Origin: an uncultured delta proteobacterium
Lineage (GTDB): Bacteria > Desulfobacterota > Syntrophobacteria > Syntrophobacterales > Syntrophobacteraceae
NCBI GenBank assembly: GCA_963808625.1
Contig: CAWEHK010000018.1
Span: forward strand, 64,001-128,000
Direction: 5' to 3'
DNA: 64,000 nt
The notes under the pieces are model-generated. The model was given only the letters and a program-made list of their open reading frames with translations, had not been told where the DNA came from and made no database searches. The first letter of the stretch is position 1. Each line of letters opens with the position of its first letter. Below are positions 21,127-31,864 of this stretch, one piece after another. The position numbers were made by a program, and so were the translations under genes.

Positions 21127-22380
21127 ATGGCTAATACGAAAGAGGTCAAAGTTTGGCGTGCACTCGGAAGTCGGTCAACTGCGCAAGGTGTTGGTCTGTG
21201 CACCGGGGTCGCGCACACGCGACTGACACCGTCCAACTGCGACGCGCTCCTTTTCGACGACGTGCTGTGGGTCGACAATGCCAAGCGCGACCACTTCGAC
21301 TTCATCACCAAGCTGCGCGACCGCGGTGTCGACGTGGTGGAGATGCACAACCTGCTGGCCGAAACGGTCGCGGTTCCAGAAGGCAAGAAGTGGATTCTCG
21401 ACAATCAAGTGGTGCCGGACCAGGTCGGTCTTGGCCTGGTGGACGAAATCCGGGGCTACCTCGAAGGCCTGGATTCCCGCAAACTCGCCGAAACGCTGCT
21501 CGGCGGTCTGTCAACCGAGGATTTTCCGGAAACGCACGGCGGCGAAATGCTCAAGCTGGTGAAGGACGCGGCCGGCGTCACCGAGTATCTGTTGCCGCCG
21601 CTGCCGAACACGCTGTACACGCGCGACACGACCTGCTGGATCTACGGCGGCGTCACGCTCAATCCGCTGTATTGGCCGGCGCGGCACGAAGAAACGATCC
21701 TGACCACAGCGATTTACAAGTTCCATCCCGATTTCGCGGGCAAGGTGAATGTCTGGTGGGGCGATCCGACCAGAGACCATGGCTTGGCGACGCTGGAAGG
21801 CGGCGACGTGATGCCAATCGGCAAGGGCAACGTCCTGATCGGCATGAGCGAGCGCACTTCGCGCCAGGCGATCAGCCAACTCGCCGCCACGCTGTTCGAA
21901 AAGGGCGCGGCGGAGCGGGTCATCGTGGCCGCAATGCCGAAGCTGCGGGCGGCCATGCACCTGGACACGGTGTTCACGTTCGCCGACCGCGACTGCGTTT
22001 TGCTGTACCCGGACATCGTGTACAATATAGCCGCCTACTCGTACCGCCCGAGCAGCGCGCCGAGCGGCGTCGAGTTGGTCAAGGACAAGAAGCCTTTCGT
22101 TGAGGTGATCGCCGAGGCCCTGGGGCTGAAAAAGCTGCGCGTGGTCGAGACCGGCGGCAACGCGTACCTGCGGGAGCGCACGCAGTGGGACAGCGGCGCC
22201 AACCTGGTGTGCGCATCGCCGGGCGTGGTTTTCGCCTACGACCGCAATGTGTACACCAACACGCTGCTGCGCAAGGAAGGCATCGAAGTGATCACGATCG
22301 TCGGCGCCGAACTGGGCCGCGGGCGCGGGGGCGGTCATTGTATGACCTGCCCGATCATCCGGGACGCAGTCGACTACTAG
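21127..22380 (+). CDS. arcA: Arginine deiminase; compensating +1/-1 indels in the first ~30 codons
   Basis: [41 protein letters not shown]; expected [15 protein letters not shown] lies in the shifted frame. Confidence 0.95.
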   Translation: MANTKEVKVWRALGSRSTAQGVGLCTGVAHTRLTPSNCDALLFDDVLWVDNAKRDHFDFITKLRDRGVDVVEMHNLLAETVAVPEGKKWILDNQVVPDQVGLGLVDEIRGYLEGLDSRKLAETLLGGLSTEDFPETHGGEMLKLVKDAAGVTEYLLPPLPNTLYTRDTTCWIYGGVTLNPLYWPARHEETILTTAIYKFHPDFAGKVNVWWGDPTRDHGLATLEGGDVMPIGKGNVLIGMSERTSRQAISQLAATLFEKGAAERVIVAAMPKLRAAMHLDTVFTFADRDCVLLYPDIVYNIAAYSYRPSSAPSGVELVKDKKPFVEVIAEALGLKKLRVVETGGNAYLRERTQWDSGANLVCASPGVVFAYDRNVYTNTLLRKEGIEVITIVGAELGRGRGGGHCMTCPIIRDAVDY

Positions 22381-22496
22381 TACAAGCGGGCGTTAGTTTC
22401 TCGTCAGTTCGGCCACCGTTTGACCCCATCGTGTAGGGGCGACCGGCCGGTCGCCCTTACAGGCCGAAACCGGCTGGTGGCTTCGGCCCATGGGTA
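22381..22496. mobile_element. 116-bp MITE (inverted copy of 10598-10713) inserted at the arcA stop codon
   Basis: CTAG on both sides (22377-22380, 22497-22500); same length and colinear similarity; GTAG REP inside. Confidence 0.85.
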
Positions 22497-22502
22497 CTAG
22501 TC

Positions 22503-22648
22503 AGTGTCCATCCGGAAAGGTCCCGAATTTCTCCTCCCCCTCGACGGGGGAGGTTGGGCGAGGGTGAAGATGGGTGTGATTGCTGACCCTTGATCAACCC
22601 CCTCCCCCTGCCCCTCTCACCAAGGGAGGGGTTTCCGGATGGGAACCA
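22503..22648. mobile_element. MITE-like element carrying CCCTCCCCC/GGGGGAGG REP-like hairpins
   Basis: Ends TCCATCCGGAAA / TTTCCGGATGGGA; internal CTCCCCC-TCGAC-GGGGGAG. Confidence 0.65.
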
Positions 22649-23049
22649 GTCAGGGGCGGTGAATGTCCATTGCCGCCGAAGTGCCACCTTATGATGAGCA
22701 TTGAGAGAAACAGGATGGCTTTTCTTCTACTGTGTTTTGGCCAAAATGGCCTTTTGTGCTCTTTAAACCCGCATAAAATCTAGCGTGAAATTGAGCAATA
22801 CCTTCAGCGAAAGCGGTCTCTTGGCCGGGATTACTCGTATGAGGCAGCTATTCTCCATGCTTTCGACTGCTCCATTATAGATTCTATATTGGTTAAGTTA
22901 TCCTACTCATTTCATTGTTCCGGGGCATAATCACGTGCTTTAAGCTTATTCACCTTGTTTCGGCCCGGGCCGCAAACTGAATGTCGGGCCGTAACGATTT
23001 TTCCTTAATCCACCCGTCCTGGCGGATGAGCCGCCGTGAAAGGTTTCCC

Positions 23050-24231
23050 ATGCTTAAGACCAGATACCCTGACCGCCAGAGTCTTCAGCAATTTTCCCGG
23101 GTCGGCCTCGGCATTTTCCTGCTTCTGGTTGCGGCCTGTGGTTCCAAGGAACAAGCTGGAACCCCGCAGGGCCTCCCGCCTCCGACCGTGGTAGTGACGC
23201 CGGTGACCCCAAGAACCGTCCCTATCTATGGAGAATACGTTGCCCGGACCGAGGCCCGCCAAAGTGTGGAGATCAGGGCCCGGGTGGAAGGATTCCTGGA
23301 GAAGGTTCTCTTCCAGGAAGGCAGCCAGGTCAAGGCCGGACAGCTCCTTTTTGTTATCGACCAGCGGCCCTATAAGACGGCCTTGCAAGAAGCCCGGGGG
23401 ACCATGGCCCAGGCTCAGGCGTCCCTGGGGAAGGCCCAGAAGGATGTGGCGCGTCTGCACCCCCTGGTAGCCGAAGATGCCGCCCCCCAGGTGGACCTGG
23501 ACAACGCCGAATCGGCAGTCCAGCACAGCCGGGCTTCCATTGAAAGGGCCCAGGCCGCTATCGCCAGGGCCGAGCTGGACCTGAAATTCACCGAAATTCG
23601 CTCCCCCATCACCGGCATTATCGGCAAGGAAGAAGTGACGGTGGGCAACCTGGTCTCCAGGGATCAGACCGTTCTGACAACGGTGTCTGCCTGGGACCCC
23701 ATGCGGGTGGTCTTCAGCCTCAGCGAGGCTGACTACCTGCTCCGGGCCCAGGAGTTCCATGAAGGTAATCCGTTCCCACCGGAGAAGGATGCCGCACCGT
23801 TCGAACTGATCATCGCCGACAATTCCGTCTATCCCTTCAGAGGCAGGCTCAGCTTTGTGGACCGGGCCCTGAATCTGACCACCGGCTCCCTGAACGTGTA
23901 TGTGAGCTTCCCAAACCCCGACCGGTTGCTCAGGCCCGGGCTGTTCGGCCGCATCCGGGTCATGCTGGAGGAGAGACCCGACACCCTCGTGGTGCCCCAG
24001 AGGGCGGTGCAGGTCATGCAGGGAATAACCAGCGTCTTAGTGGTGGGTAAGGATGACAAGGTGGCGCTCCATACCGTCACCCTGGGGGAGCGCTATCAAG
24101 ATTTTTTCATTGTCACTGAGGGACTCAAGGCCGGGGACCGGGTGGTGGTGGAAGGGCTGCAGAGGGCCATCCCGGGGCAGCAGGTAGCGCCCACGGTACA
24201 GCCTGTCAGCCAGGAAAAGAAAGGAGGCTGA
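23050..24231 (+). CDS. RND efflux periplasmic adaptor (MFP); start uncertain
   Basis: Lipobox VAAC, VEIRARVEG, IRSPITG, LRPGLF, GLKAGDRVVVEG. Confidence 0.93.
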   Translation: MLKTRYPDRQSLQQFSRVGLGIFLLLVAACGSKEQAGTPQGLPPPTVVVTPVTPRTVPIYGEYVARTEARQSVEIRARVEGFLEKVLFQEGSQVKAGQLLFVIDQRPYKTALQEARGTMAQAQASLGKAQKDVARLHPLVAEDAAPQVDLDNAESAVQHSRASIERAQAAIARAELDLKFTEIRSPITGIIGKEEVTVGNLVSRDQTVLTTVSAWDPMRVVFSLSEADYLLRAQEFHEGNPFPPEKDAAPFELIIADNSVYPFRGRLSFVDRALNLTTGSLNVYVSFPNPDRLLRPGLFGRIRVMLEERPDTLVVPQRAVQVMQGITSVLVVGKDDKVALHTVTLGERYQDFFIVTEGLKAGDRVVVEGLQRAIPGQQVAPTVQPVSQEKKGG

Positions 24232-24236
24232 GGGTC

Positions 24237-27200
24237 GTGTCTAAATATTTCATCCATCGGCCCATCTTCGCAATGGTCATCGGCCTGGTGATTCTCATTG
24301 CCGGGCTAGTGGCCATCTTCAGTCTGCCCATCGCCCAATATCCCCCCATCAGCCCGCCCACGATCACGGTGGAGACCTTTTTCACCGGGGCGAGCGCCCG
24401 GGTGGTGGAGGAAAACGTGGCCGTGCCCATCGAGCAGGAGGTGAACGGGGCCGAGAACATGATTTACATGTCCTCCAGCAGCACCAGCGACGGCCGCTAC
24501 TCCCTGACCTGCACGTTTGCCGTGGGTACCGACATCGATATCGCCCAGGTGGATGTGCAGAACCGGGTGAGCCGGGCCAACCGGGCCCTGCCGCCAGAGG
24601 TTCTAAACTTTGGCATTAACGTCCAGAAAGCCTCGCCGGACATGCTCATCGTCCTGTCCTTGTATTCCCCGGACGACACCTATGACGATTTGTTTCTCAG
24701 CAACTATGCCTCCTTGAACCTCTACGATCCCCTCGCCCGCATCTATGGCGTGGGCAACATCAGCATCGTGGGGGAACGGGAGTATGCCATGCGCCTCTGG
24801 GTCAGGCCCGACCGACTGGCCGCCCTGGGACTCACGGCCAGAGATGTGGCCCAGGCGGTGCAGGACCAGAACGTCCAGGCCCCGGCCGGCCAGGTGGGCC
24901 AACCGCCGGCCAAGGCCGGTTTGAGCTTCCAGTACACCGTGGACGTCAAGGGACGCCTCACCGATAAAGAAGAATTTGACAATATCATCATCCGCACCCT
25001 GCCGGACGGGTCGGTCTTGCGCGTCCGGGACGTGGCGAGCACCGAACTGGGCGCCAGAAGGTACACTTCATTTTCTCGGCGGGCCGGCAAGCCGGCCACC
25101 ACCATGGTGATCTACCAGCTCCCCGGGGCCAATGCCCTCGACGTGGCCAACAAGATCCAGGCCTTCATGGAAGAGGCCAAAAGAAGTTTTCCGCCGGGGC
25201 TGGAATACGAGGTCTCCTACGACAATACCCTGTTCGTCAGGGCGGCGCTCAAGGAAGTGGTGTTCACCCTTTTCAAGGCCATGGGTCTGGTAATGCTGGT
25301 GGTGTTCATCTTCCTGGGGAACTTCAGGGCCACTCTGATTCCCTGCCTGGTAGTGCCCATACCCATGGTGGGCACTTTTGCCGCCTTTGCCGGGTTAGGG
25401 TTGTCCATCAACACCCTCTCTTTGTTCGGCCTGGTCCTGGCCATCGGCTCCGTGGTGGATGACGCCATCGTCGTGGTGGAGGCGGTGAAGACTCATATGG
25501 GGGCGGGCTTAAGTCCTCTAGAGGCCACGGAGAAGGCCATGGACGAGGTTAGCCGGCCCATGATCGGGGTGGCCTGCGCGCTCCTTTCGGTCTATGTCCC
25601 GGTGATCTTTCTGGGGGGCATTGTCGGCCAACTTTACCGCCAGTTCGCTCTCACCCTCTGCTTTGCGGCGCTGCTGTCGATCATTATGGCCCTGACCCTC
25701 ACCCCGGCGTTATGCGTCAAGATCCTGCGTCCCAAGAAAAAGGACCAGCGGGGACCTCTGGGGGCCTTCAACCGGGCCTTCGACCGGCTCTTCGACCGCA
25801 CCACCAAAGCTTATATCACGGGGGTACAGTTTTTCATGCGCCGCCTGGCCCTGGCCCTGATCCTCCTGGCGGCCGTATATGTAGGAGCGGGCAGCCTCTT
25901 GCGGACCTTGCCCGGGGGGTTGGTGCCGGATGAAGATCAAGGGGTCGTTTTTGTTACCTTCACCCTGCCACCGGCCGCCTCCCTGGAACGCACCGGCACG
26001 GTTTTGACCCGGGCGGAGCAATTTGCCGCCAAAGTGCCGGGCATCCAGACCATCCTTGGCTGGGGCGGCTTTAATCTCATGACCAACAGCTTCAGCTCCG
26101 ACGCCGCCACCCTGGTCATGACCCTGGAACCATGGGATAAGCGCACTTCCGGGGAAACTCAGCTCGTCGCTATCATGCAGCGCCTGCGCCGGGAATTCGC
26201 CGGTTATCCCGAGGCCCGGTCTTTTGTCTTTTCCTTGCCATCCATTCCCGGCATGGGCAACGTCAGCGGTTTCCAATACCAGCTTCAGGACCGGTCCGCC
26301 CGCACCCCGGAGGAACTTTATCAGACGGCCCAGAATTTGGTGGCGGCGGCGCCCAGAGAGCCGGCTATCGCGGCAGTATTCAATACCTTCCAGGTCAGCG
26401 TGCCTCAGGTGAAACTGGATATTGACCGGGACAAGGTCCAGACTCTGGGCATACCCCTGAGAAATGTCTTTGACGGCCTCCAGCTTTACCTGGGCGGCTT
26501 TATGATCAACGACTTCAACAAATTCGGCCGGGTGTACCGGGTCATGGTCCAGGCCAAGCCGGAATTCCGCCGGAACCCGGATGACATCGGCGACATTTAT
26601 GTCCGAAATGCGAACGGCAGGATGGTTCCCCTGAGCACCCTGGTGAAAGTGGGGTCCCAGACCGGCCCCATCCACATCAACCGCTACAATATGTTTCGCT
26701 CGGCAGAACTCGCGGGACAAAACGCGCCCGGCTACAGCTCCGGGGATGCCATCGCCGCCATGGAGCGCCTTTCCAAGGATCTGCCCCGGGGGTTCGGGTA
26801 TGAATGGACGGGTCTGGCGTTCCAGGAAAAGGTGGCCGGCGGCCAGGCGGGCTATATCTTCGCCTTCTCCCTGCTTTTCGTTTTTCTGACGCTGGCGGCC
26901 CTGTATGAGAGCTGGGCCATCCCCTTCGGGGTGCTCCTGGGCTTGCCCATCACCGTCTTCGGGGCCTTTTTAGGGGTGTGGCTCCGAGGCTTGGCGAACG
27001 ACGTCTACGTGCAGGTTGGCATCGTGATGCTCATCGGTCTGAACGCCAAACTCTCCATCATGATCGTGGAATTCGCCAAGGAGAAGCGGGATCGGGAGGG
27101 CTATTCGGCGTTTGCGGCCGCGGGTGAGGGGGCCCGGCTGCGCTTTCGGGCCGTTCTGATGACCGCGCTGGCTGAAGTCTTCGGGTTGATGACGCTGGTA

Positions 27201-27419
27201 TTGTCCAGCGGAGCCGGCGCCGCGGCCCGCTGGTCGGTGGGCACGGCCGTCGTTTTCGGTATGGCCACGGCCACGCTGCTGAGCTTGTTCTTCATCCCGG
27301 TGCTTTATTATGGCGTCGAAACTCTCCTGGAGAAGGTGCGAGGCCCACAGAGCACCGCAGCACCGGGCATTCCGGCCCCAGCCCCTGAGCGCCGGGGGGA
27401 GCAGGGAGGTCAATTATGA
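24237..27419 (+). CDS. RND efflux permease (HAE1)
   Basis: FIHRPIFA, AQYPPISPP, VVDDAIVVVE, GLNAK, RFRAVLMT. Confidence 0.97.
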   Translation: MSKYFIHRPIFAMVIGLVILIAGLVAIFSLPIAQYPPISPPTITVETFFTGASARVVEENVAVPIEQEVNGAENMIYMSSSSTSDGRYSLTCTFAVGTDIDIAQVDVQNRVSRANRALPPEVLNFGINVQKASPDMLIVLSLYSPDDTYDDLFLSNYASLNLYDPLARIYGVGNISIVGEREYAMRLWVRPDRLAALGLTARDVAQAVQDQNVQAPAGQVGQPPAKAGLSFQYTVDVKGRLTDKEEFDNIIIRTLPDGSVLRVRDVASTELGARRYTSFSRRAGKPATTMVIYQLPGANALDVANKIQAFMEEAKRSFPPGLEYEVSYDNTLFVRAALKEVVFTLFKAMGLVMLVVFIFLGNFRATLIPCLVVPIPMVGTFAAFAGLGLSINTLSLFGLVLAIGSVVDDAIVVVEAVKTHMGAGLSPLEATEKAMDEVSRPMIGVACALLSVYVPVIFLGGIVGQLYRQFALTLCFAALLSIIMALTLTPALCVKILRPKKKDQRGPLGAFNRAFDRLFDRTTKAYITGVQFFMRRLALALILLAAVYVGAGSLLRTLPGGLVPDEDQGVVFVTFTLPPAASLERTGTVLTRAEQFAAKVPGIQTILGWGGFNLMTNSFSSDAATLVMTLEPWDKRTSGETQLVAIMQRLRREFAGYPEARSFVFSLPSIPGMGNVSGFQYQLQDRSARTPEELYQTAQNLVAAAPREPAIAAVFNTFQVSVPQVKLDIDRDKVQTLGIPLRNVFDGLQLYLGGFMINDFNKFGRVYRVMVQAKPEFRRNPDDIGDIYVRNANGRMVPLSTLVKVGSQTGPIHINRYNMFRSAELAGQNAPGYSSGDAIAAMERLSKDLPRGFGYEWTGLAFQEKVAGGQAGYIFAFSLLFVFLTLAALYESWAIPFGVLLGLPITVFGAFLGVWLRGLANDVYVQVGIVMLIGLNAKLSIMIVEFAKEKRDREGYSAFAAAGEGARLRFRAVLMTALAEVFGLMTLVLSSGAGAAARWSVGTAVVFGMATATLLSLFFIPVLYYGVETLLEKVRGPQSTAAPGIPAPAPERRGEQGGQL

Positions 27420-28873
27420 AACGGCAGGTCGGTTTGCTCATCATCACCCTGCTCCTGGCCGGCTGCACCCTGGCCCCGAAATATGCGCGCGCCCCGGGGG
27501 ACGTGCCCCAGGAATACCGCTTCCAGTCTCTCCAGGGGCAGCCGCAGCCGGGACTTGACACCCTGGCGGACCTGAGCTGGTGGGAAATTTTCGACGACCA
27601 GGAACTCCAGGGCCTCATCCGCACCGCTCTGGAGCAAAATTACGACGTGCTCCTGGCTGCGGCCCGGGTGGCTGAGGTCCGGGCCCGGGTGGGCGTGAGC
27701 CGTTCCCTGTGGCTGCCGCAAGCTGGAGGCGCGTATGCCTTCCAGCGCCAGCGTGTGTCCGAGGTCAGTTTCCCTCCCTTATCTCCCCTGGTGCCGCATA
27801 CGGTCAACATTAGCCAACTTAATCTGGATCTTTTCTGGGAGATCGATCTGTTCGGCCGACTGCGCAGTCTGACCGACGCGGCCCGGGCCGAGTTTTTTGC
27901 CTCGGAGTGGGCCCAGCGGGCGGTCTTCGCCAGCGTGGTGGCCGAGGTGGCCCAGGCGTATTTCGAGCTGCGCACCCTGGACCGGCAGTTGGAGATCTCG
28001 GAAGCCACCTTGAAGTCGTTCGAGGTCTCCCGCAAGCTGGTGGTCAAGCGTTTCGAAGGCGGCCTGGTGTCCCGCCAGGATGTGGCCCAGATTGACTCTC
28101 TGGTGCATACGGCCGGGGCCAGAATCGCCGACCTGAAGCGCCAGATCGGCCAGCAGGAAGACCGGATCTGCCTCCTTCTGGGACTCAACCCCCAGCCCGT
28201 CAAGCGGGGTAAACCGCTCACGGCCCTGGTGGTGCGGGCCACCGTGCCGGCCGGTCTCCCTTCGGACCTCCTCGAGCGGCGGCCGGACATCCGCCAGGCG
28301 GAAGAGGTGCTGGTGGCCGCCAACTATCGCATCGGCGCGGCCCGGGCCGACTTCTTCCCCCGCATTAACCTTACGGGGCTTTTCGGCGCCCAGAGCGTGG
28401 AACTGTCCGATCTCTTCACCGGGCCGGCCAAAATCTGGAGCATCGGCCCCAGCGTGACGCTCCCCATCTTCACCGGCGGCCGTCATTACTTCAATCTGCA
28501 GTCCACCTGGGCCCAGCAGGAGCAGGCCCTGACCCTGTACCAATTCACCGTCCGTCAGGCCTTCCGGGAAGTGGCCGATGGCCTGATCGGCCACACGCAG
28601 TTCCGTGACTTGCGCCTGGAGCAGGAGGCTCTGGTGAAAAGCGATCAGGATTACGCTCAGTTGGCCAGCTTGCGCTATAAAGGCGGGATGGAGTCGTTCC
28701 TGGCCGTGCTGGATGCTGATCGCCAGCTTTTCGCCGCCCAACTGGACCTGGCGGCAGTACAGCGGGACCAGCTTCTCACCATCGTGCAGCTTTATAAGGC
28801 CTTAGGGGGAGGCTGGGAACTCATCAGGCAGCCTCCCGATAACCCCATCGGTTCCGACCCCGAACCCCCCTGA
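27416..28873 (+). CDS. RND outer-membrane factor lipoprotein (OprM/NodT family)
   Basis: LLAGC, WEIDLFGRLR, LLERRPDIRQAE, LYKALGGGW. Confidence 0.96.
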   Translation: MKRQVGLLIITLLLAGCTLAPKYARAPGDVPQEYRFQSLQGQPQPGLDTLADLSWWEIFDDQELQGLIRTALEQNYDVLLAAARVAEVRARVGVSRSLWLPQAGGAYAFQRQRVSEVSFPPLSPLVPHTVNISQLNLDLFWEIDLFGRLRSLTDAARAEFFASEWAQRAVFASVVAEVAQAYFELRTLDRQLEISEATLKSFEVSRKLVVKRFEGGLVSRQDVAQIDSLVHTAGARIADLKRQIGQQEDRICLLLGLNPQPVKRGKPLTALVVRATVPAGLPSDLLERRPDIRQAEEVLVAANYRIGAARADFFPRINLTGLFGAQSVELSDLFTGPAKIWSIGPSVTLPIFTGGRHYFNLQSTWAQQEQALTLYQFTVRQAFREVADGLIGHTQFRDLRLEQEALVKSDQDYAQLASLRYKGGMESFLAVLDADRQLFAAQLDLAAVQRDQLLTIVQLYKALGGGWELIRQPPDNPIGSDPEPP

Positions 28874-28954
28874 GAAACGATAACCGGGGACCTGCCCCCG
28901 GTGGCTGAAAGGCTTTCCTGCGAAAATGGAACATTCAATCCTTAACGGGTATGA

Positions 28955-29017
28955 TTCCTTGACAAGCTCCAGAGGACCGGCTATCCAAAAGCCTCCAAGA
29001 AGCAAATTTCCATCACC
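28955..29017 (+). promoter_or_regulatory. Duplicated promoter module, copy C
   Basis: CCTTGACAAGCTCCAGAGGACCGGCTATCCAAAAGCCTCCAAGAAGCAAATTTCCATCACC, close to copy A. Confidence 0.75.
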
Positions 29018-29026
29018 GATTGGGAG

Positions 29027-30520
29027 ATGCCAATGACAAACCAGACCCCACCCACACGCGTCACGAAGGAACCCTCCTACGCGGACGCGATCATCCCGCT
29101 GGTCGTGCTCATAGTCCTGATCGCGGGGTCCGTTTTCCTGTTCGGGAACGACGCGATCGACGGCCCGTTACAGGTGGCGTTGCTGCTCAGCGCCATGATC
29201 ACCGCTCTTGTCATCCTCAAGAACGGGCATCCCTGGGAGGAGGTCAGCGCCGCCAGCGGACGGGCGATCTCCTCGGTCATCAGCGCGATCTTCATTCTTC
29301 TGTCCGTTGGTGCCCTGATCGGCACCTGGAACATGTCCGGCACGATCCCGACGTTGGTCGACTACGGGATCCGTCTGCTGCAACCGAGCTGGTTCTATAT
29401 GGCGACGGCGGGCATCTGCGCCGCCATCGCCGTGAGCATCGGCAGCTCCTGGACGACGGCGGGCACCATCGGCGTGGGGCTCGTCGGCATCGCGACGATG
29501 GTGGGCGTGTCCCCCGTCATCACGGCTGGTGCGGTCATCTCGGGAGGCTACTTCGGCGACAAGACGTCGCCGCTGTCGGAGACCACGGTCCTGGCCGCGC
29601 AGTTGGCGGGTGTCGATGTCTTCAAGCACATTCGTGCGCAGATCTGGACGTCGATCCCCGCCATGGTCATCGCGCTCGTCGTCTTTGCGATCCTGGGCCT
29701 CAGGGAGAACGTCACTGAGGGTGTCCAGACGGCGCTCGACCTCGCCAAGTTGGAGGAGCTCTTCTGGATCACACCCCTCAACCTGATCCCCCTGGCGTTC
29801 CTCATCGTGCTGTCGGTGCGCAAGGTGCCCGCCTTCCTCGCGATCATGAGCGCGGCGTTGGTCGGCGGAGTCTGCGCAGTGATTTTGCAGCCGGAGGCCG
29901 TCTCGCGCTTCGTCGACGACCCGACGCTGAGCGCACCCATCGTCTATGTGAAAGGCATCTGGCTGGCGATGGCCAACGGCTACCAGTCCACCTCCGGCAT
30001 CCCCGACGTTGACGCGCTGCTCTCGCGCGGCGGCATGGACAGCATGCTCAAGACCCTGTGGATCATCATCGGGGCGGTGACCTTCGGCTCGTTGATGGAG
30101 GAGTTCGGTCTTCTGGCGAAACTCATCGACCCGGTGCTTCGTTGGGCGAACACCACGGGTCGTCTCTTCGTCACAGTGGTGGCGACGGGGATGGGGCTCA
30201 ACATCGTCGCCGGTGATCAGTTCATCGCCCTGGTGCTGCCGGCACGGTTGTTCCGCGTGGAGTTTCAGAAGCGCGGTTTGCAGCCGCAGAACTTGTCGCG
30301 GGTCGTTGCCGATGCCGGAACGGTGACGTCGCCGCTGGTACCCTGGAATTCGTGCGGTGCCTACATGGCCGCCACGCTGGGCGTCTCGACCTTCCTGTAC
30401 CTGCCCTTCTGCATCTTCAACATCGCCAGCCCATTGCTTTCTCTGGCGTATGGGATCACGGGCTTCAAGATCACGCGCATGCCACCCGACATCGGGGAGA
30501 AAGGTCCGCCGACCGCGTGA
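29027..30520 (+). CDS. NhaC-family antiporter
   Basis: GSSWTTAGTIG, GGYFGDKTSPLSETT, RGGMDSM, SPLVPWNSCG. Confidence 0.92.
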   Translation: MPMTNQTPPTRVTKEPSYADAIIPLVVLIVLIAGSVFLFGNDAIDGPLQVALLLSAMITALVILKNGHPWEEVSAASGRAISSVISAIFILLSVGALIGTWNMSGTIPTLVDYGIRLLQPSWFYMATAGICAAIAVSIGSSWTTAGTIGVGLVGIATMVGVSPVITAGAVISGGYFGDKTSPLSETTVLAAQLAGVDVFKHIRAQIWTSIPAMVIALVVFAILGLRENVTEGVQTALDLAKLEELFWITPLNLIPLAFLIVLSVRKVPAFLAIMSAALVGGVCAVILQPEAVSRFVDDPTLSAPIVYVKGIWLAMANGYQSTSGIPDVDALLSRGGMDSMLKTLWIIIGAVTFGSLMEEFGLLAKLIDPVLRWANTTGRLFVTVVATGMGLNIVAGDQFIALVLPARLFRVEFQKRGLQPQNLSRVVADAGTVTSPLVPWNSCGAYMAATLGVSTFLYLPFCIFNIASPLLSLAYGITGFKITRMPPDIGEKGPPTA

Positions 30521-30669
30521 TCGGAAGGCGATTCGTCGTGAGTCGGTGGCGTGGCAACGGTTTCGCTCTTTTCCGCCGGCGTTATTCTCCCGCTGTCCAT
30601 CCTGGTTCCTGCAATCTATACTTTGCGCGGGCATAAATTGCGTTTACGTCATTCCGATTGGAGGCTCCC

Positions 30670-31812
30670 GTGAAAGCCTTACTAATAGCATTTGTTTTGG
30701 CCACGGTTCTGTGTGCCTGTGTGCAGCGGAAAGAGAGGGTGGCGCCGCCGGAGCCGGTGACAGCGAAGCCTGCCGATTCACACACAAGCCGGAACTCGCT
30801 CGACTGGGCGGGTGTCTATGAAGGCGTTTTGCCGTGCGCAGACTGTCCCGGCATGATGACCAGGCTGACGCTCAACCCCGATGGCACGTACGAACGCGTG
30901 ACTCAGTATCCGGGACGGCAGGATGCGGCGGAAACCGTGCGCGGGCGCTTCGCATGGCAATCCAACGGGAACGCCGTTACGCTCGATGAGCGTGGCGGTG
31001 GGCAACAGTATGCAGTGGGCGAGGCCCGACTCATTCTGATCTACCCTGATGGTGGGCCTGGAGGGTCACCGGCGCCCAACCGGGTGCTGACGCTCGTCCC
31101 GCAAACGGCGACAAGAGATGGTTTGGTGCAGACGCTTGAGCGCTATCGCTGGAGCCTTGAGTCCGCGACCGACGGCCAAGATCGAGCCATTGAGGCCCTG
31201 TCTCCCCGTAAGGGTCACCCGGTTGTGTTCGATTTTTCCGGCACCGGACTCAGCATCCAAGGTTCCTGCAACCGAATGATGGGGACTTACCGGATCAATG
31301 CCGCGGAACAACTCTCGGTGAAGGGCACAGCTTCCACGAATATGGCCTGCGCTCCGGCGCTGATGCAGGCCGATGCCGCCCTGTCCGGCGTGCTGGCCAA
31401 ACCAATGCAGGTCGCGCTGGACGATGGCCCAAAACCGAGGCTGCGCTTGATTTCGGCGTCGAACGAGACGCTGACGCTTACCGGCCAGGCTACGCCGGAA
31501 GCCCGTTACGGACCCGGGACCCTCATCTTTCTGGAGGTCTCCGCTAACCATGTGGCGTGCACAGATCCTCCGCCCCCGAATACACGTTGTCTTCAAGTGC
31601 GCGAACGACACTTTGACGAGCGTGGCCTTGCCGTCGGAACACCGGGAGAATGGCAGCCTCTTCACGAGAATATCGAGGGCTTCACCCACAAGGAAGGCGA
31701 ACGCAATGTGTTGCGGGTCAAACGCTTCAACCGCACCCCGGCGCGTCCCGGGGGCCCCTCGACTCTCGATGTGCTGGATATGATCATCGAGTCGGAGATC
31801 GTGACGCCGTAA
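30670..31812 (+). CDS. NlpE-N / META / DUF4377 multidomain lipoprotein
   Basis: SRNSLDWAGVYEGVLPCADC, GSCNRMMG...STNMAC, CLQVRE...IEGFTH. Confidence 0.85.
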   Translation: MKALLIAFVLATVLCACVQRKERVAPPEPVTAKPADSHTSRNSLDWAGVYEGVLPCADCPGMMTRLTLNPDGTYERVTQYPGRQDAAETVRGRFAWQSNGNAVTLDERGGGQQYAVGEARLILIYPDGGPGGSPAPNRVLTLVPQTATRDGLVQTLERYRWSLESATDGQDRAIEALSPRKGHPVVFDFSGTGLSIQGSCNRMMGTYRINAAEQLSVKGTASTNMACAPALMQADAALSGVLAKPMQVALDDGPKPRLRLISASNETLTLTGQATPEARYGPGTLIFLEVSANHVACTDPPPPNTRCLQVRERHFDERGLAVGTPGEWQPLHENIEGFTHKEGERNVLRVKRFNRTPARPGGPSTLDVLDMIIESEIVTP

Positions 31813-31864
31813 CGCTTAACAGCCCGTGGCACCGGGCGACGCTTAGTACTGCGTCGCAGAATTG

